Assembly: GCA_003602415.1 (NCBI GenBank)
Contig: QQSK01000013.1
Coordinates: 10,152 to 74,151, forward strand
Reading direction: 5' to 3'
Length of the DNA: 64,000 nucleotides
Source: Candidatus Poseidoniales archaeon
Lineage (GTDB): Archaea; Thermoplasmatota; Poseidoniia; Poseidoniales; Poseidoniaceae
Shown here: positions 49,951-60,131 of the stretch, in pieces
Layout of the letters: each line of letters opens with the position of its first letter
How positions within the stretch are numbered: position 1 is the first letter of the stretch
Made by a program: the position numbers and the translations under genes
The notes under the pieces: generated by a model
What the model saw: only the letters and a program-made list of their open reading frames with translations
Database searches by the model: none
Told to the model about the DNA's origin: nothing

Positions 49951-51300
49951 ATGCGTAGTGCGGTCTTCATAATTTTGACATTCTTCCTCGCATCATTCAG
50001 TGGATGTTTTGGTGAAGACTTAGAAGAAGAATCAGTAATTCCTAAAATCACAGTTGATGATGTTTCTAGTGCAATACGAGGGCAATACATGTCTATTGCA
50101 GTAGACTCAACTGTAGATTGGACCGTAAACCGTTCACCAGGTCTATTCCTTATGGATGAGTTTGGTGTATTGAGAGATGCAGACGTGATGACATTCCCGG
50201 CATCTCAAGAAACACTTAATTTCCTTGTCATGGATTCTGAAAGAGATGACATTCAGCTGGAATTTACAGCGGGTGAGGAAATATGGAATGTAACTCTGAT
50301 GTTGGAAGATAGTTCAGAAATGATGTTAGTAGATGGTCGCAGGGCATACGAAACCGCAGATATGTTGACCTCACAATACAACAATCGTTGGTGTGCATCA
50401 GCATCCATACACGAAGGTGGTGCAGCATATGAGAATGCAGCCGAAGCTATGGAAGATAAGATGTGGGATATGGGTTTTGATCACGTAGAAATAACTCGAT
50501 ACCCAGATGATCCAGACCAATTGAATATTGTAGGCTACAATTGGGGAAGAGTAAACCCTGATGAATACATTGTAATTGGCGGGCATTTCGATATTGCATA
50601 CATGTTCACTCCACCAGGAGGAGGGACTAATGAAGGTGCAAATGATGACACTTCTGGTTCTACAGTATCCTTGGAGATGGCTCAAGCATTAGCACAAATG
50701 GAGTTTGACCACACAGTTGTTGCTGGACTGTGGGCATGTGAGGAAGAAGGCCTGTTGGGAACCAGAGCATACGTAGCCAATCTACCAGAGAATGTCTCGG
50801 TCCGAGCATACATGAACTTCGATATGGTAGCGTTAAATTATCCAATCACTCCACTCACCGAACCAGTAATAGGTCCAGCAGGAGAAATTTTCGAGCCAAC
50901 AAAGTATGATTGGTCTATCAGTGTCGCTGGAGCAAGCCAGGAAAATATGGAAAGAATGCATGATTGGGTTGGTACGACTATCGAAGAAGATTTGGCATAC
51001 GAGCCAACAGAAGGAAATCCGATTTACTGGCAGATAGCAGAGTCTTGTGCTTCTGACCATTGCTCTTTCTTCCAAGCAGGTTATCCAACTTTCAATTTCT
51101 TTAGCCCAGGAGGAGACATTTCATTCTGGCAAGAATGGCATTCACCTTCAGATACCTTCGAATTCATGACGGCCAAAGCAGGTGGCCCAGATGGAATGGC
51201 CAGTGGGTTCAACAGTCTTGTGTGGGCAGCCCTTGACCTATTCGTCAGAGTCGACAACGCAGAAAACTTCCACGGCAATTGGAAAGAATCCACTGAATAG
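49951..51300 (+). CDS. Secreted M28-family zinc aminopeptidase (lipoprotein)
   Basis: It has a signal and lipobox (FSGCFGE). M28 metal ligands are present: GGHFDIAY, NDDTSGS, CEEEGLLGT. Confidence 0.65.
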   Translation: MRSAVFIILTFFLASFSGCFGEDLEEESVIPKITVDDVSSAIRGQYMSIAVDSTVDWTVNRSPGLFLMDEFGVLRDADVMTFPASQETLNFLVMDSERDDIQLEFTAGEEIWNVTLMLEDSSEMMLVDGRRAYETADMLTSQYNNRWCASASIHEGGAAYENAAEAMEDKMWDMGFDHVEITRYPDDPDQLNIVGYNWGRVNPDEYIVIGGHFDIAYMFTPPGGGTNEGANDDTSGSTVSLEMAQALAQMEFDHTVVAGLWACEEEGLLGTRAYVANLPENVSVRAYMNFDMVALNYPITPLTEPVIGPAGEIFEPTKYDWSISVAGASQENMERMHDWVGTTIEEDLAYEPTEGNPIYWQIAESCASDHCSFFQAGYPTFNFFSPGGDISFWQEWHSPSDTFEFMTAKAGGPDGMASGFNSLVWAALDLFVRVDNAENFHGNWKESTE

Positions 51301-51378
51301 TTGTTGCAAATAATCTAACGCTAGGTCCCAACTTAGGCGCTATGAACTGAATCGGATTTCAGTTAAAGAAAGATAAAT

Positions 51379-52815
51379 TCACAATGTTTGTTGTCCACCA
51401 ATTGGCATTGGAGTCAGCATTGAGATACTTTCTCCACGTAGGCTTGGTCCTGTACTGAAAGTTCCAAAGATTCCAATGTCTGCTATGTTATGAGATAGGG
51501 AGAACCAAGTTCTACCGTATGCATCAACTCGAATATCCAAGAAGTCTCCTAATCCTCCGCATCGATTGTATCCACAATCCACTTCGATATCGAGTGGGTC
51601 ATCATCTCCATTTAGTTGAACAGTTGTCAGTAATGGCGTTTCATTGAAAGCATCAGTAGCATAGGTCAGGTAAGCATTCCAAGTCTCGTCTTCACCTTCG
51701 GTCTCACCAACGTAACCGAATGCAACAGTTCCAGCATCTCCTGCTACAACTACTGGGAATCCAGTGCCTGAGAGGTTGATAGGCGGGGCGATCATTGTTG
51801 CATTGGACCAAGTGTCTCCTTGGTCCACCGAATAGGACCAGTATGGCATGTTGTCTAATCCCATCCACATAGCGTGAACATTACCTTCACTATCCACTTC
51901 CACTTGGGCTTCTTCAGCATTCCATGTGTCTGCAATTCCAGTTTCAGTAGTAGGTAAAACATGTTCAGTCCAACTAATTCCTGCGTTTGTTGTTCGGAAT
52001 ACAGAGTATCCATCGCCAGTGCATCCCTTGTTGCCACGGTAGAAATTTCCGTCTATACTTCCAACTAAGTGTGCTGAAAGGCCACCAGAGTTGCAAGATA
52101 TAGGAGCGCCTGATGTTTCAGGACCCCATGTTGCTCCTCCATCTTGGCTAGATGAACAGAGTGGATGTGGCGCATTTCCGTTGATACAGAACATCCAGGT
52201 TGTTGGATGGAATAGGGCAGGCATGTTGCTACTAGCAATCGTTTGATGGTCTTGGACGGAGTAAATTTGTGTGGCCACACTAGGACCATTCCAACTTGCT
52301 CCTTCATCATCCGACCATTCTACAGTCATTCCAAGCAAGGCATGCATATCGAATTTCATGATTCTGCTTGTCCATAGATCGACATAGATGTAGGGGTCGT
52401 TAGAGTTAGCAATCGGTGGATAATCAGGGTCGTAGATATTTTCGCAACTGTAATCCAATACGTCATGCATTCCAATTAGGTCACAAGAAATGATTGCTGT
52501 GGAGCCTGCAGGTCCATTGCCGTAGGAACTCATCATCATCATGTCACTTTGTGTTATTCCCATCGTTGGCTCAAAAGTTGATATTCCAATACCGTAGTAT
52601 GTGCCCATTGCTTCAAACGGCATATTACGCCCATCGAAACCGAATTCCTCATTGCCCCATGCATCTACTGCATCAGGGAAGTGATACCATGTTAATTCGG
52701 GTCTTTCAAAATCCCAAACAGGGGATGCTTCTACAACAACTTCACTTTCTTCCTCTCCAAAGCATCCAGCAAATGAAGCGCTGAGCATTAGCAATGTGAG
52801 GAATATAGGGCGCAA
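51379..52815 (-). CDS. Secreted BNR/Asp-box repeat protein (sialidase-like beta-propeller)
   Basis: It has a signal and lipobox (FAGCFGE). At least four Asp-box repeats are present: SDDEGASW, SQDGGATW, TTNAGISW, SVDQGDTW. Confidence 0.6.
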   Translation of the reverse strand: MRPIFLTLLMLSASFAGCFGEEESEVVVEASPVWDFERPELTWYHFPDAVDAWGNEEFGFDGRNMPFEAMGTYYGIGISTFEPTMGITQSDMMMMSSYGNGPAGSTAIISCDLIGMHDVLDYSCENIYDPDYPPIANSNDPYIYVDLWTSRIMKFDMHALLGMTVEWSDDEGASWNGPSVATQIYSVQDHQTIASSNMPALFHPTTWMFCINGNAPHPLCSSSQDGGATWGPETSGAPISCNSGGLSAHLVGSIDGNFYRGNKGCTGDGYSVFRTTNAGISWTEHVLPTTETGIADTWNAEEAQVEVDSEGNVHAMWMGLDNMPYWSYSVDQGDTWSNATMIAPPINLSGTGFPVVVAGDAGTVAFGYVGETEGEDETWNAYLTYATDAFNETPLLTTVQLNGDDDPLDIEVDCGYNRCGGLGDFLDIRVDAYGRTWFSLSHNIADIGIFGTFSTGPSLRGESISMLTPMPIGGQQTL

Positions 52816-53859
52816 TCAATCACCTCTGAACAAATCAGCACCCAATAATGGAAGAAGAACGGAGGCATCACCTTCAACACAAACATTTGGTGCTTCAGGA
52901 CGCATTTTGCCCCAACTGATAGCTTCTCTTAGACGAGCACCTGACAGACTACCGTCGTGTTCTGGGGCCGTTGTAATGTAAATTGCAGAATCTAAGCCTC
53001 CACGGTATTGATTCCACCAAATGACGTGGTGTTTGGAAATACCTCCTCCCACCATTAGTGCATTTGACTTTTCAACATCCCATGTAAGGTCGCTCATTAC
53101 CTGCTCATCGGCAAGTGTGTCGATATGGAAATCACGATATTTCTGTCTAAACATGAACAACTGCGCTCCAATACTGCCGTCTGTGATTCCAGGGATACAG
53201 ACTGGGATTTTGTTCTTGTAGGCCCAGTAAATTAGCGAATCTGGAGTTCCTATTCTCTTACCCAGCTCCCAAACTAGGTGAATTGAGCCGAAACCGATCC
53301 AGGCATCTGCACCTTCTTTTCCAGTCTCTTTTATTCTGTCATTTCGAATATCTTCGAGCACCGGCATTACGACGGCCTCGATAATTTCCCCATAACTAGA
53401 GTTGGGAACAATTACGTTTCCTAAACGCATTAGTTGATGCTCTCCAAGTTCGATATCATCCAATTCAAATGCGCCATGGTAATAGTGCTTGTAAGCTCTA
53501 GCGATATCATGGTCAAGCATTCCACATGTTGTTGAAACAACATTGAACATTTTCCTCTTTATCGATTCAACGAAAAAACCTCTGGTACCAGTTGCACACA
53601 GGCATGCAGGGAAAGATAACCAGTTTGTTACCTTGCTAGCATCAGCATCGACTTCATCGATTTCAGATTTCATGTCTTTGAGAATATCTCTAGCATAAGC
53701 TAGTTTGGTTGCAGTGAAACCGCCTGCGGTTGCCATTTGATCGATTAGCGATTTTGGATCGCTCAACTCTTGGAAGTTGTAGTCCTTGACCGGCTCGTCG
53801 AAAGACTCTGGGTCGATTGTCATGTGTCTAGCCGTGAGGCTTTCGCATATGAAACCCAT
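52816..53859 (-). CDS. dhs: Deoxyhypusine synthase
   Basis: Long stretches align by eye to human DHPS: [80 protein letters not shown] and AISWGK. Confidence 0.8.
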   Translation of the reverse strand: [347 protein letters not shown]

Positions 53860-53866
53860 GACTATG

Positions 53867-56152
53867 TCATGAGGATTCCATCTCGAGGATTTTATCTCTC
53901 AAAATTGCGGCCCTTTCGAAGTCTAATTCTAGTGCTGCTTGTTGCATCATGGCCTTTAATTCTTCAATTGAATAATTAATTTCTTCAATTGGTTGAGAAA
54001 TGTTGCTTGTAACCGATTCTGATGCGGTCCATTTACCTGCGCCTACCTTCAAATTACTAGCCCAATCTCCATCCTTCCGGCCGCCTTTAGATGCCACCAA
54101 TCTTTTGCCACCAGATGTTCCTGCAATGAGTTCATCAACATCGCTACCCATCTTGGGTAGAGCCTTCTGAATGGTAACTGGTGTGATGTCGTGTTTTTGA
54201 TTGTGAGCCATTTGTCTCTGTCGCCTTTCGAGAGTTTGTCTTATCGAAGCGGTCATTGGTGGACTCATTGAATCAGCATACAAAATTACAGTTCCATTAG
54301 AATTTCTAGCCGCTCTTCCAATCGTCTGAAGCAGACTTCTTTCATTTCTAAGGAAACCTTGTCGATCAGCATCGAAAATTGCAACTAAACTAACTTCAGG
54401 TATATCCAATCCTTCTCGTAACAGATTGATTCCTACAATGGCATCTATGTGGCCAATTCTTAGAGCATTGATAATTTCGGTTCTCTCAATGGTATCGATT
54501 TCAGAATGTAGGTAGTGGGCTTTGATTCCCATTTTGTTTAGATATTGAGAGACTTCTTCTGCAAATTTAATGGTTAATACAGTGACTAAGGCTCTTTCAC
54601 CTTTAGCAATTCTAGCATTTATTTCAGAGAGAAGGTCTGCTACTTGTCCTTCAGTGCCTCGAACTTCAATTGTAGGGTCCAAAAGTCCAGTAGGTCTAAT
54701 CTCCATTCTTGGAATGTCTTCAATCATCTGAAGCATATCGTACATGCTTTCAGCATCTGGATGTTTTTTGCTATATTCTGGCTCTTCAACACCGCCGCCT
54801 CCGGCAGCATGTCGAAGTCCTAATGGTGCATCTTGTCCTGTCGTTTCACACAAGTGGAGTAATTCTCTTTCACCTGGAGTTGCGCTAACATAAACCATCT
54901 GTGGGACTAAACTCTGAAACTCTCTAATTTTTAATGGCCGATTATCAGCGGCAGAAGGTAATCTAAATCCATGTTCAATGAGATTCAATTTTCTACTGCG
55001 GTCCCCTCCATACATCCCTCCAACTTGAGGTAAAGTGACGTGAGACTCGTCCATTATCACAAGGAACTTTTCAGGGTCACCGTGGAATTGTTTAGCTGCA
55101 GCAGCAAAGAAGTCTAGTAAGCAGTACGGTCTTTCACCAGGTTGTCTGCCGTCGAAGTGCATAGAATAATTTTCTACAGCAGTGCAATGCCCTATTTCTC
55201 GTAGCATTTCGAGGTCATATTGAGTACGTTGTTCTAAGCGATGCGCCTCGAGTTCCTTCCCTTCACTTTTCAGTTCAGCAACTCTGCCATCAAGTTCATC
55301 CTCTATGCTTTCAAGTGCATTCTCAAATCTCTCTGGACTGACCATGAAGAATTCTTTGGGATGGATCCATGCTTCATCTAATTCGTCCAATACTTCCCAT
55401 GTCACAGGGTCACAAATTTGGATATGCTCGACTCCATCAAAACCAAACCTTACTCTCAAAGGGTCGTCACGACTCGGCATCCATACGTCTAGATTTTCTC
55501 CTCGTAATCTCACCTGTCCTCTCTCTAAATCAGTTGAGGTTCGCCCATATTGGAGCCCTACCAACTCTCGAATTAGGTCGATGGGTTCTATCGATTGTCC
55601 TACGTGTATTCTACAATGGTAAGAAAGGAAGGTTTCTGGCGCGTTAAGTCCGTAGATACAAGATACAGAAGAAACAACAATACAATCGGGTCTGCTAACC
55701 AAGCTAGCCACAGTTGCAAATCTTTCTTGTTCAATTCTTTCATTGATTGACAACTCTTTGTCAATATACAAATCTCGTTTAGGGAGGTATGCCTCTGGTT
55801 GATAATAGTCGTAGTGGGAGACAAAATATTCAACGCCATTCTCAGGAAACAATCCTGCCATTTCTTGATACAATTGTCTAGCCAATGTTTTGTTGTGACT
55901 CATGATCAAAGTTGGAATATTTAGTCTCTCAATTAGGTGCGCCATTGCGAATGTTTTACCCGACCCAGTGACGCCTAAAAGCACACATCTTTCTTGTGAA
56001 TTTTCCAATTGAGAAATCAATTTTCCAATTGCTTTTTCTTGGTCACCTGCAGGCTGATGTTCTGAGTGAATTTTGAACTTTGAAACACTAGGAGATAGCT
56101 GGTCCTTGACCGCCCCTTCTAGGGCCTTCGAGATGTCGAAGGGATCGCTCAT
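53867..56152 (-). CDS. uvrB: Excinuclease ABC subunit B (UvrB)
   Basis: It has Walker A LLGVTGSGKTF, helicase motifs, and a C-terminal UVR domain (ELDFERAAILRDKILE). At 761 aa it is longer than E. coli UvrB. The linker before the UVR domain is extended. Confidence 0.85.
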   Translation of the reverse strand: MSDPFDISKALEGAVKDQLSPSVSKFKIHSEHQPAGDQEKAIGKLISQLENSQERCVLLGVTGSGKTFAMAHLIERLNIPTLIMSHNKTLARQLYQEMAGLFPENGVEYFVSHYDYYQPEAYLPKRDLYIDKELSINERIEQERFATVASLVSRPDCIVVSSVSCIYGLNAPETFLSYHCRIHVGQSIEPIDLIRELVGLQYGRTSTDLERGQVRLRGENLDVWMPSRDDPLRVRFGFDGVEHIQICDPVTWEVLDELDEAWIHPKEFFMVSPERFENALESIEDELDGRVAELKSEGKELEAHRLEQRTQYDLEMLREIGHCTAVENYSMHFDGRQPGERPYCLLDFFAAAAKQFHGDPEKFLVIMDESHVTLPQVGGMYGGDRSRKLNLIEHGFRLPSAADNRPLKIREFQSLVPQMVYVSATPGERELLHLCETTGQDAPLGLRHAAGGGGVEEPEYSKKHPDAESMYDMLQMIEDIPRMEIRPTGLLDPTIEVRGTEGQVADLLSEINARIAKGERALVTVLTIKFAEEVSQYLNKMGIKAHYLHSEIDTIERTEIINALRIGHIDAIVGINLLREGLDIPEVSLVAIFDADRQGFLRNERSLLQTIGRAARNSNGTVILYADSMSPPMTASIRQTLERRQRQMAHNQKHDITPVTIQKALPKMGSDVDELIAGTSGGKRLVASKGGRKDGDWASNLKVGAGKWTASESVTSNISQPIEEINYSIEELKAMMQQAALELDFERAAILRDKILEMESS

Positions 56153-56163
56153 ATTCTCAAATC

Positions 56164-56889
56164 CTAAGGTAAGTATAATCCACCGTTGACATGGATAACC
56201 GAGCCGGTGATGTAGTTCGATTTTTCACTAACTAAGAACGAAACAGTTCCTGCAATATCTTCGGGCGTTCCAATTCTTTTCAAAGGAACTTCCTGTATTC
56301 TACTCGCTCTCTTTTCAGGACTATCTCCTGCCAAAATATCAGTGTCCACAAATCCTGGTGCTACAATATTTACTCGCTTTCCTTCAGGTCCAAGTGCCTG
56401 TGCTAATGAGCGAGCCCAAAGTGCTAGAGCAGCTTTTGATGCTGAGTAATCTGCACCATGCGCCGAGCCTCTGGTTCCTAACTGGCTGCCAATTACGCAA
56501 ATCCTTGCATTATCTCTAAGGCTGGATTTTACTGACTCCCACACAAGAAAGGCTCCTTCGAAATTAGTTGCCATGGTTCTACGCAGATGTTCAAAATCGA
56601 GTGATTTAGCATCTATTCTATCATAGCGTCCATGATTCAAGACCAAAACATCCACTCCTTCACTAACCCATGGGTGAGTGGCTAACAATGCGACTTCTCT
56701 AGCATCCGTCACATCGCAGTTAGCAGCTACAGCATCAACTCCTGAATCTCTTATCTCATCAACTACCATTTCTGCAGGTTTGGATGAATTGCAATATGTG
56801 AGTAGGATTCTGTATCCATCTTTTGCTAAGCGCTTGGAAATCGCAGCTCCAATGCCGCGGCCCCCTCCGGTCACAATTGCGGTGCGCAT
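56164..56889 (-). CDS. Short-chain dehydrogenase/reductase (SDR)
   Basis: It has the Rossmann motif TGGGRGIGAAI and the catalytic YSASK motif. Confidence 0.7.
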   Translation of the reverse strand: MRTAIVTGGGRGIGAAISKRLAKDGYRILLTYCNSSKPAEMVVDEIRDSGVDAVAANCDVTDAREVALLATHPWVSEGVDVLVLNHGRYDRIDAKSLDFEHLRRTMATNFEGAFLVWESVKSSLRDNARICVIGSQLGTRGSAHGADYSASKAALALWARSLAQALGPEGKRVNIVAPGFVDTDILAGDSPEKRASRIQEVPLKRIGTPEDIAGTVSFLVSEKSNYITGSVIHVNGGLYLP

Positions 56890-56919
56890 GTACTCCGTAC
56901 GAAGGCATCTCTCAATAAC

Positions 56920-57297
56920 TCACTGGAGGAATTGTGCAAGTTGAGGAGGTTGCCATCCTTCTGGCTTCAGAACCTTTCCATCATCTCTTCGAATGACTTT
57001 TCCATCGACAAGTTTGGCCATGTTGGACCTATGGACTTCATTGAAAGCATCGTCATAGATGTCTTGCATTCCATGATTGATTATCGTTCCAGCAAGGATG
57101 TATCCTATGTCTGCTAATGCGTCCAAAACTTCGACTAAATCTCCGGCCCTAGCCGCTTCAGCATACTCTTGAACTTCTTCAGTTAGCAATTTAATTCTCA
57201 ATTCAATCAACTCATCCGGTCCTAATCCTGGGCTTTCTAGACGAGGGATTTCGAAGGCTTGATTGAATTCTAGCAATGACTTCACTATTGGATTCAT
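56920..57297 (-). CDS. MazG-like / all-alpha NTP pyrophosphohydrolase domain protein
   Basis: IELRIKLLTEEVQEYAEAARAGDLVEVLDALADIGYIL resembles the MazG/HisE EExxE...D motifs. The ORF track's start at 57483 overlaps the UbiA-family gene by 163 nt, so the internal Met (MNPIVK) at 57297 is preferred. Confidence 0.4.
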   Translation of the reverse strand: MNPIVKSLLEFNQAFEIPRLESPGLGPDELIELRIKLLTEEVQEYAEAARAGDLVEVLDALADIGYILAGTIINHGMQDIYDDAFNEVHRSNMAKLVDGKVIRRDDGKVLKPEGWQPPQLAQFLQ

Positions 57298-57320
57298 AGT
57301 GTAAGGGGGTGCTCGCCGCT

Positions 57321-58127
57321 CTATGAAAGTTGCATTGCCATTAGGAGAATCCATCCGGTGGCAGCGTGTGAACGGAACCACCAATTCTGGAACTGAGAAC
57401 CGGATGCTACCAAAACGCCAACAACCAAGGCCAGTGAGGCGACTGTACCGATCACGGAAATGGTTGAGAATGCAAAAGCCCATACCGGAATCGAAAGCAA
57501 CATCACAGTCATTGTGACAGGTGGTTGGAATCTAGCAGGGAATGAATTTACTCCGTTTTCCCTATCGCTATCTATGTCCATTTGTGCATAACCCAAATCG
57601 AATGCAGCGATCCATACCAAAACTCCTAGAGATACGAGCATTAAATCTGGATACCAGGAATTTGATGAAATCTCTCCGGTGATTGCTACCCATGCACCTG
57701 CAGGCGCTAAAGCAAGACAACCACCTAGCCACCAATGACAAAGCCAAGTGAATCTTTTGAGGTACGGATAAATCACAAATGCTGCGACAGGAATCGGTGA
57801 CAAGTACAAGCAGAGAGGATTTAGCATCCATGCTCCTCCAACTAACATAATTAAGAAAATAGCACAAAGACTCCAAGCGGTTTGAAGAGACATAGTGCCG
57901 GATGCAAGATGTCTTCCAGCAGTCCTTGGGTTTGCAGCATCGATATCTCTATCGATAATACGATTCAATCCCATAGCCAACCCCCTAGCTCCAACAGCAG
58001 CAATCATTATCCAGGTCAATTGGAGAATAGTTGGATCTCCTGCCATGTACGCGCCAATGAATACAAATGGTAGGCTGAATAAAGTATGCTCAATCTTGAC
58101 GAATGATGCTACTTGTTTCAAGTCCAT
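57321..58127 (-). CDS. UbiA-family aromatic or isoprenoid prenyltransferase
   Basis: It is an 8-TM protein with an Asp-rich motif LNRIIDRDIDAANPRTAGR (NDxxDxxxD). Its start overlaps the upstream UbiD-family stop (ATGA). Confidence 0.65.
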   Translation of the reverse strand: MDLKQVASFVKIEHTLFSLPFVFIGAYMAGDPTILQLTWIMIAAVGARGLAMGLNRIIDRDIDAANPRTAGRHLASGTMSLQTAWSLCAIFLIMLVGGAWMLNPLCLYLSPIPVAAFVIYPYLKRFTWLCHWWLGGCLALAPAGAWVAITGEISSNSWYPDLMLVSLGVLVWIAAFDLGYAQMDIDSDRENGVNSFPARFQPPVTMTVMLLSIPVWAFAFSTISVIGTVASLALVVGVLVASGSQFQNWWFRSHAATGWILLMAMQLS

Positions 58128-60103
58128 TACATCACCAAATTATTCGGCCAAGGCGGCAAATCAAATCTCTCGATTGATTGCAAAGTCTCTGGGTCGTGCA
58201 TAGTAATTGCTGGCCAACGTCTTACAGGAGTTGGTCCATCATTAGATGGGATTGGTGTTGTTGCATCCCAGAAAATTCTACCATCTTCGACGATGAAATC
58301 TCTCTCAACAGCGAACCTTGAAGTGAGTTGCCAAAGCAGTCTGCGATTGGCTCCCTCGCCGTGTAAATCAAGGTCATTATCGGTAACAAATAACCATCGT
58401 AATTCATTTTTGGAGTCCAATTGCCAAATTGAATTTCTCAATTGGTTTATTTTCTCTCTTTGGGCCTTTGCATCTTCCTCATTTGGCCATTGTGCACCAG
58501 TTCTTGGTTCTGGTCTTCCTTGTATGTCTGTAGTTACAACGAGCATTGATTTTCGAAGCAATAAACAATCTTCAACATCTTCAAGTTTTGATATTTCCGA
58601 GAGTAGTGAATCACTAATTCCGGGGACCTCAGCTTCTCCCTTTCTCCAGGGAGGACACTCATCGATAGAAGAGCCTTCCAATGGCGTTCCGCTACGAGGA
58701 TCCGCCGGCACCAATTTGGTGGCATCGATGATTAACTTCGAATGTACATTTTCAAATGTAGATGCGGGTTCAAGTGAATCACTAACCATTCCATCGATTA
58801 TTGTGATGTCACTATTGGGATCTACTCTATCATTGAGAGCATCAAGTAATGCTTCTAAATCTCCAGGCTTATCATCGGTAGCGATTAAGATCTTCAAGAA
58901 CATCATTTGACCAGCGCCTAGAAGTCCCAAACAGGTTTTGCGAGCTTGTCTTGGATATCGCTGCTTACTTTTGACGATGGCTAAATTGTGGAAGCCGGTC
59001 TCAAGTGGTAAATGCAAGTCAAGAACGTCTCTGTGTTGGAATGACAGAATCGGTCTGAATTGCTTACCAATAGCCTCTCCCAAATATCCATCTTCCATAG
59101 GAGGTTGACCTACGATGGTTGCGGGAAGAACAGCGTTTTTCCTTCTGGTTATCGCAGTGACATTCAGTACTGGGTATTGGCCGGTAAGAGAATAGAATCC
59201 AAAATGGTCTCCAAAAGGACCTTCAGTTCTAGTTTGGGTTGCATCGACCCATCCTTCAATTACAATATCTGCATCTGCAGGTACCAACAAATCTTGAGTT
59301 AGCGCTTTTGTAATCCTTAGTCTTCTTTTACCTAAGAATCCGGCAAACATGTATTCCTCTAAATTATCTGGCAGTGGCGCGATTGCAGAGAAGATGAGTT
59401 CTGGAGGGCCTCCAATACAAATGGCAACGGGCATTTTTCCATCAGGCCAGGCGGCAGCATGGTCTGCTCCATGTTTGTGAATTTGCCAATGAAGGCCCAC
59501 TTCTTTGGGACCGTAAATTTGACTACGATACATGCCCAAGTTGTGTTCTCCTGATTTTGGGTCTTTGGTCACAACTAATGGTAAGGTGATATATCTGCCA
59601 CCGTCCATTGGCCAGGTTTTGGGGATTGGTAATTTTGTGACGTCAGTTTCCATTTTTACACGTTGGCATGAACCTTTCCTGACCCTTTTAGGAGGCATAG
59701 AAATGGCGTCTCTGAGTAGTGGCAATCCAGTCCAAGGCCTCTTCACAATTCCTCCGATATCAGGTTTCATCAATGCAACCAATCTATCACCGACTTCTGT
59801 TGAATGAGATGCTCCAAGTGCACGCAGAGTTCGATCATGAGATCCAAACAGATTCATTGCAAGAGGTATTTCACTGATGTCACCGTTTGGAAGGCGTGGT
59901 TTTTCAAAAATTACGGCCGGTCCGCCAGTTTTCACTAACTTGTCCGCAATGGCTCCGGCCTCAAGTTCTACGTCTACGGGTTCTTCGATGCGTAGTAACT
60001 CGCCATTCTTCTCCAAATGTGCGAGCCAGCGCGTCAGATTTACCCAGGCCATGCCTATTCCTGTGATATCTGCTTCATGAATACTTGTTCTCTGCCGACT
60101 CAT
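58127..60103 (-). CDS. UbiD-family (prFMN-dependent) decarboxylase with a ~170-aa C-terminal extension
   Basis: The N-terminal ~490 aa look like UbiD (VDVELEAGAIADKLVKTGGPAVIFEKP...). At 658 aa it is longer than typical UbiD enzymes. Confidence 0.65.
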   Translation of the reverse strand: MSRQRTSIHEADITGIGMAWVNLTRWLAHLEKNGELLRIEEPVDVELEAGAIADKLVKTGGPAVIFEKPRLPNGDISEIPLAMNLFGSHDRTLRALGASHSTEVGDRLVALMKPDIGGIVKRPWTGLPLLRDAISMPPKRVRKGSCQRVKMETDVTKLPIPKTWPMDGGRYITLPLVVTKDPKSGEHNLGMYRSQIYGPKEVGLHWQIHKHGADHAAAWPDGKMPVAICIGGPPELIFSAIAPLPDNLEEYMFAGFLGKRRLRITKALTQDLLVPADADIVIEGWVDATQTRTEGPFGDHFGFYSLTGQYPVLNVTAITRRKNAVLPATIVGQPPMEDGYLGEAIGKQFRPILSFQHRDVLDLHLPLETGFHNLAIVKSKQRYPRQARKTCLGLLGAGQMMFLKILIATDDKPGDLEALLDALNDRVDPNSDITIIDGMVSDSLEPASTFENVHSKLIIDATKLVPADPRSGTPLEGSSIDECPPWRKGEAEVPGISDSLLSEISKLEDVEDCLLLRKSMLVVTTDIQGRPEPRTGAQWPNEEDAKAQREKINQLRNSIWQLDSKNELRWLFVTDNDLDLHGEGANRRLLWQLTSRFAVERDFIVEDGRIFWDATTPIPSNDGPTPVRRWPAITMHDPETLQSIERFDLPPWPNNLVM

Positions 60104-60112
60104 TCAAGTCCC

Positions 60113-60131
60113 GCCTCCCCTACGGGGAGGC
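60113..60131. promoter_or_regulatory. GC-clamp triloop hairpin GCCTCCCC-TAC-GGGGAGGC between divergent UbiD-family and GGR genes
   Basis: It has an 8-bp stem. It ends 1 nt before the GGR ATG and lies 10 nt upstream of the UbiD-family start on the other strand. Confidence 0.3.

Noticed and set aside
51345-51364. Hairpin AACTGAA-TCGGAT-TTCAGTT between the convergent M28 peptidase and BNR genes, considered as a bidirectional terminator.
   Set aside because: No T-tract follows on either strand, so support is weak. It is not listed as a feature.
56920-57483. The long version of the MazG-like ORF, which overlaps the UbiA-family gene by 163 nt.
   Set aside because: The N-terminal 60 residues are Cys/Arg/Phe-rich and non-conserved. 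An internal Met at 57297 removes the overlap, so I prefer the shorter gene.
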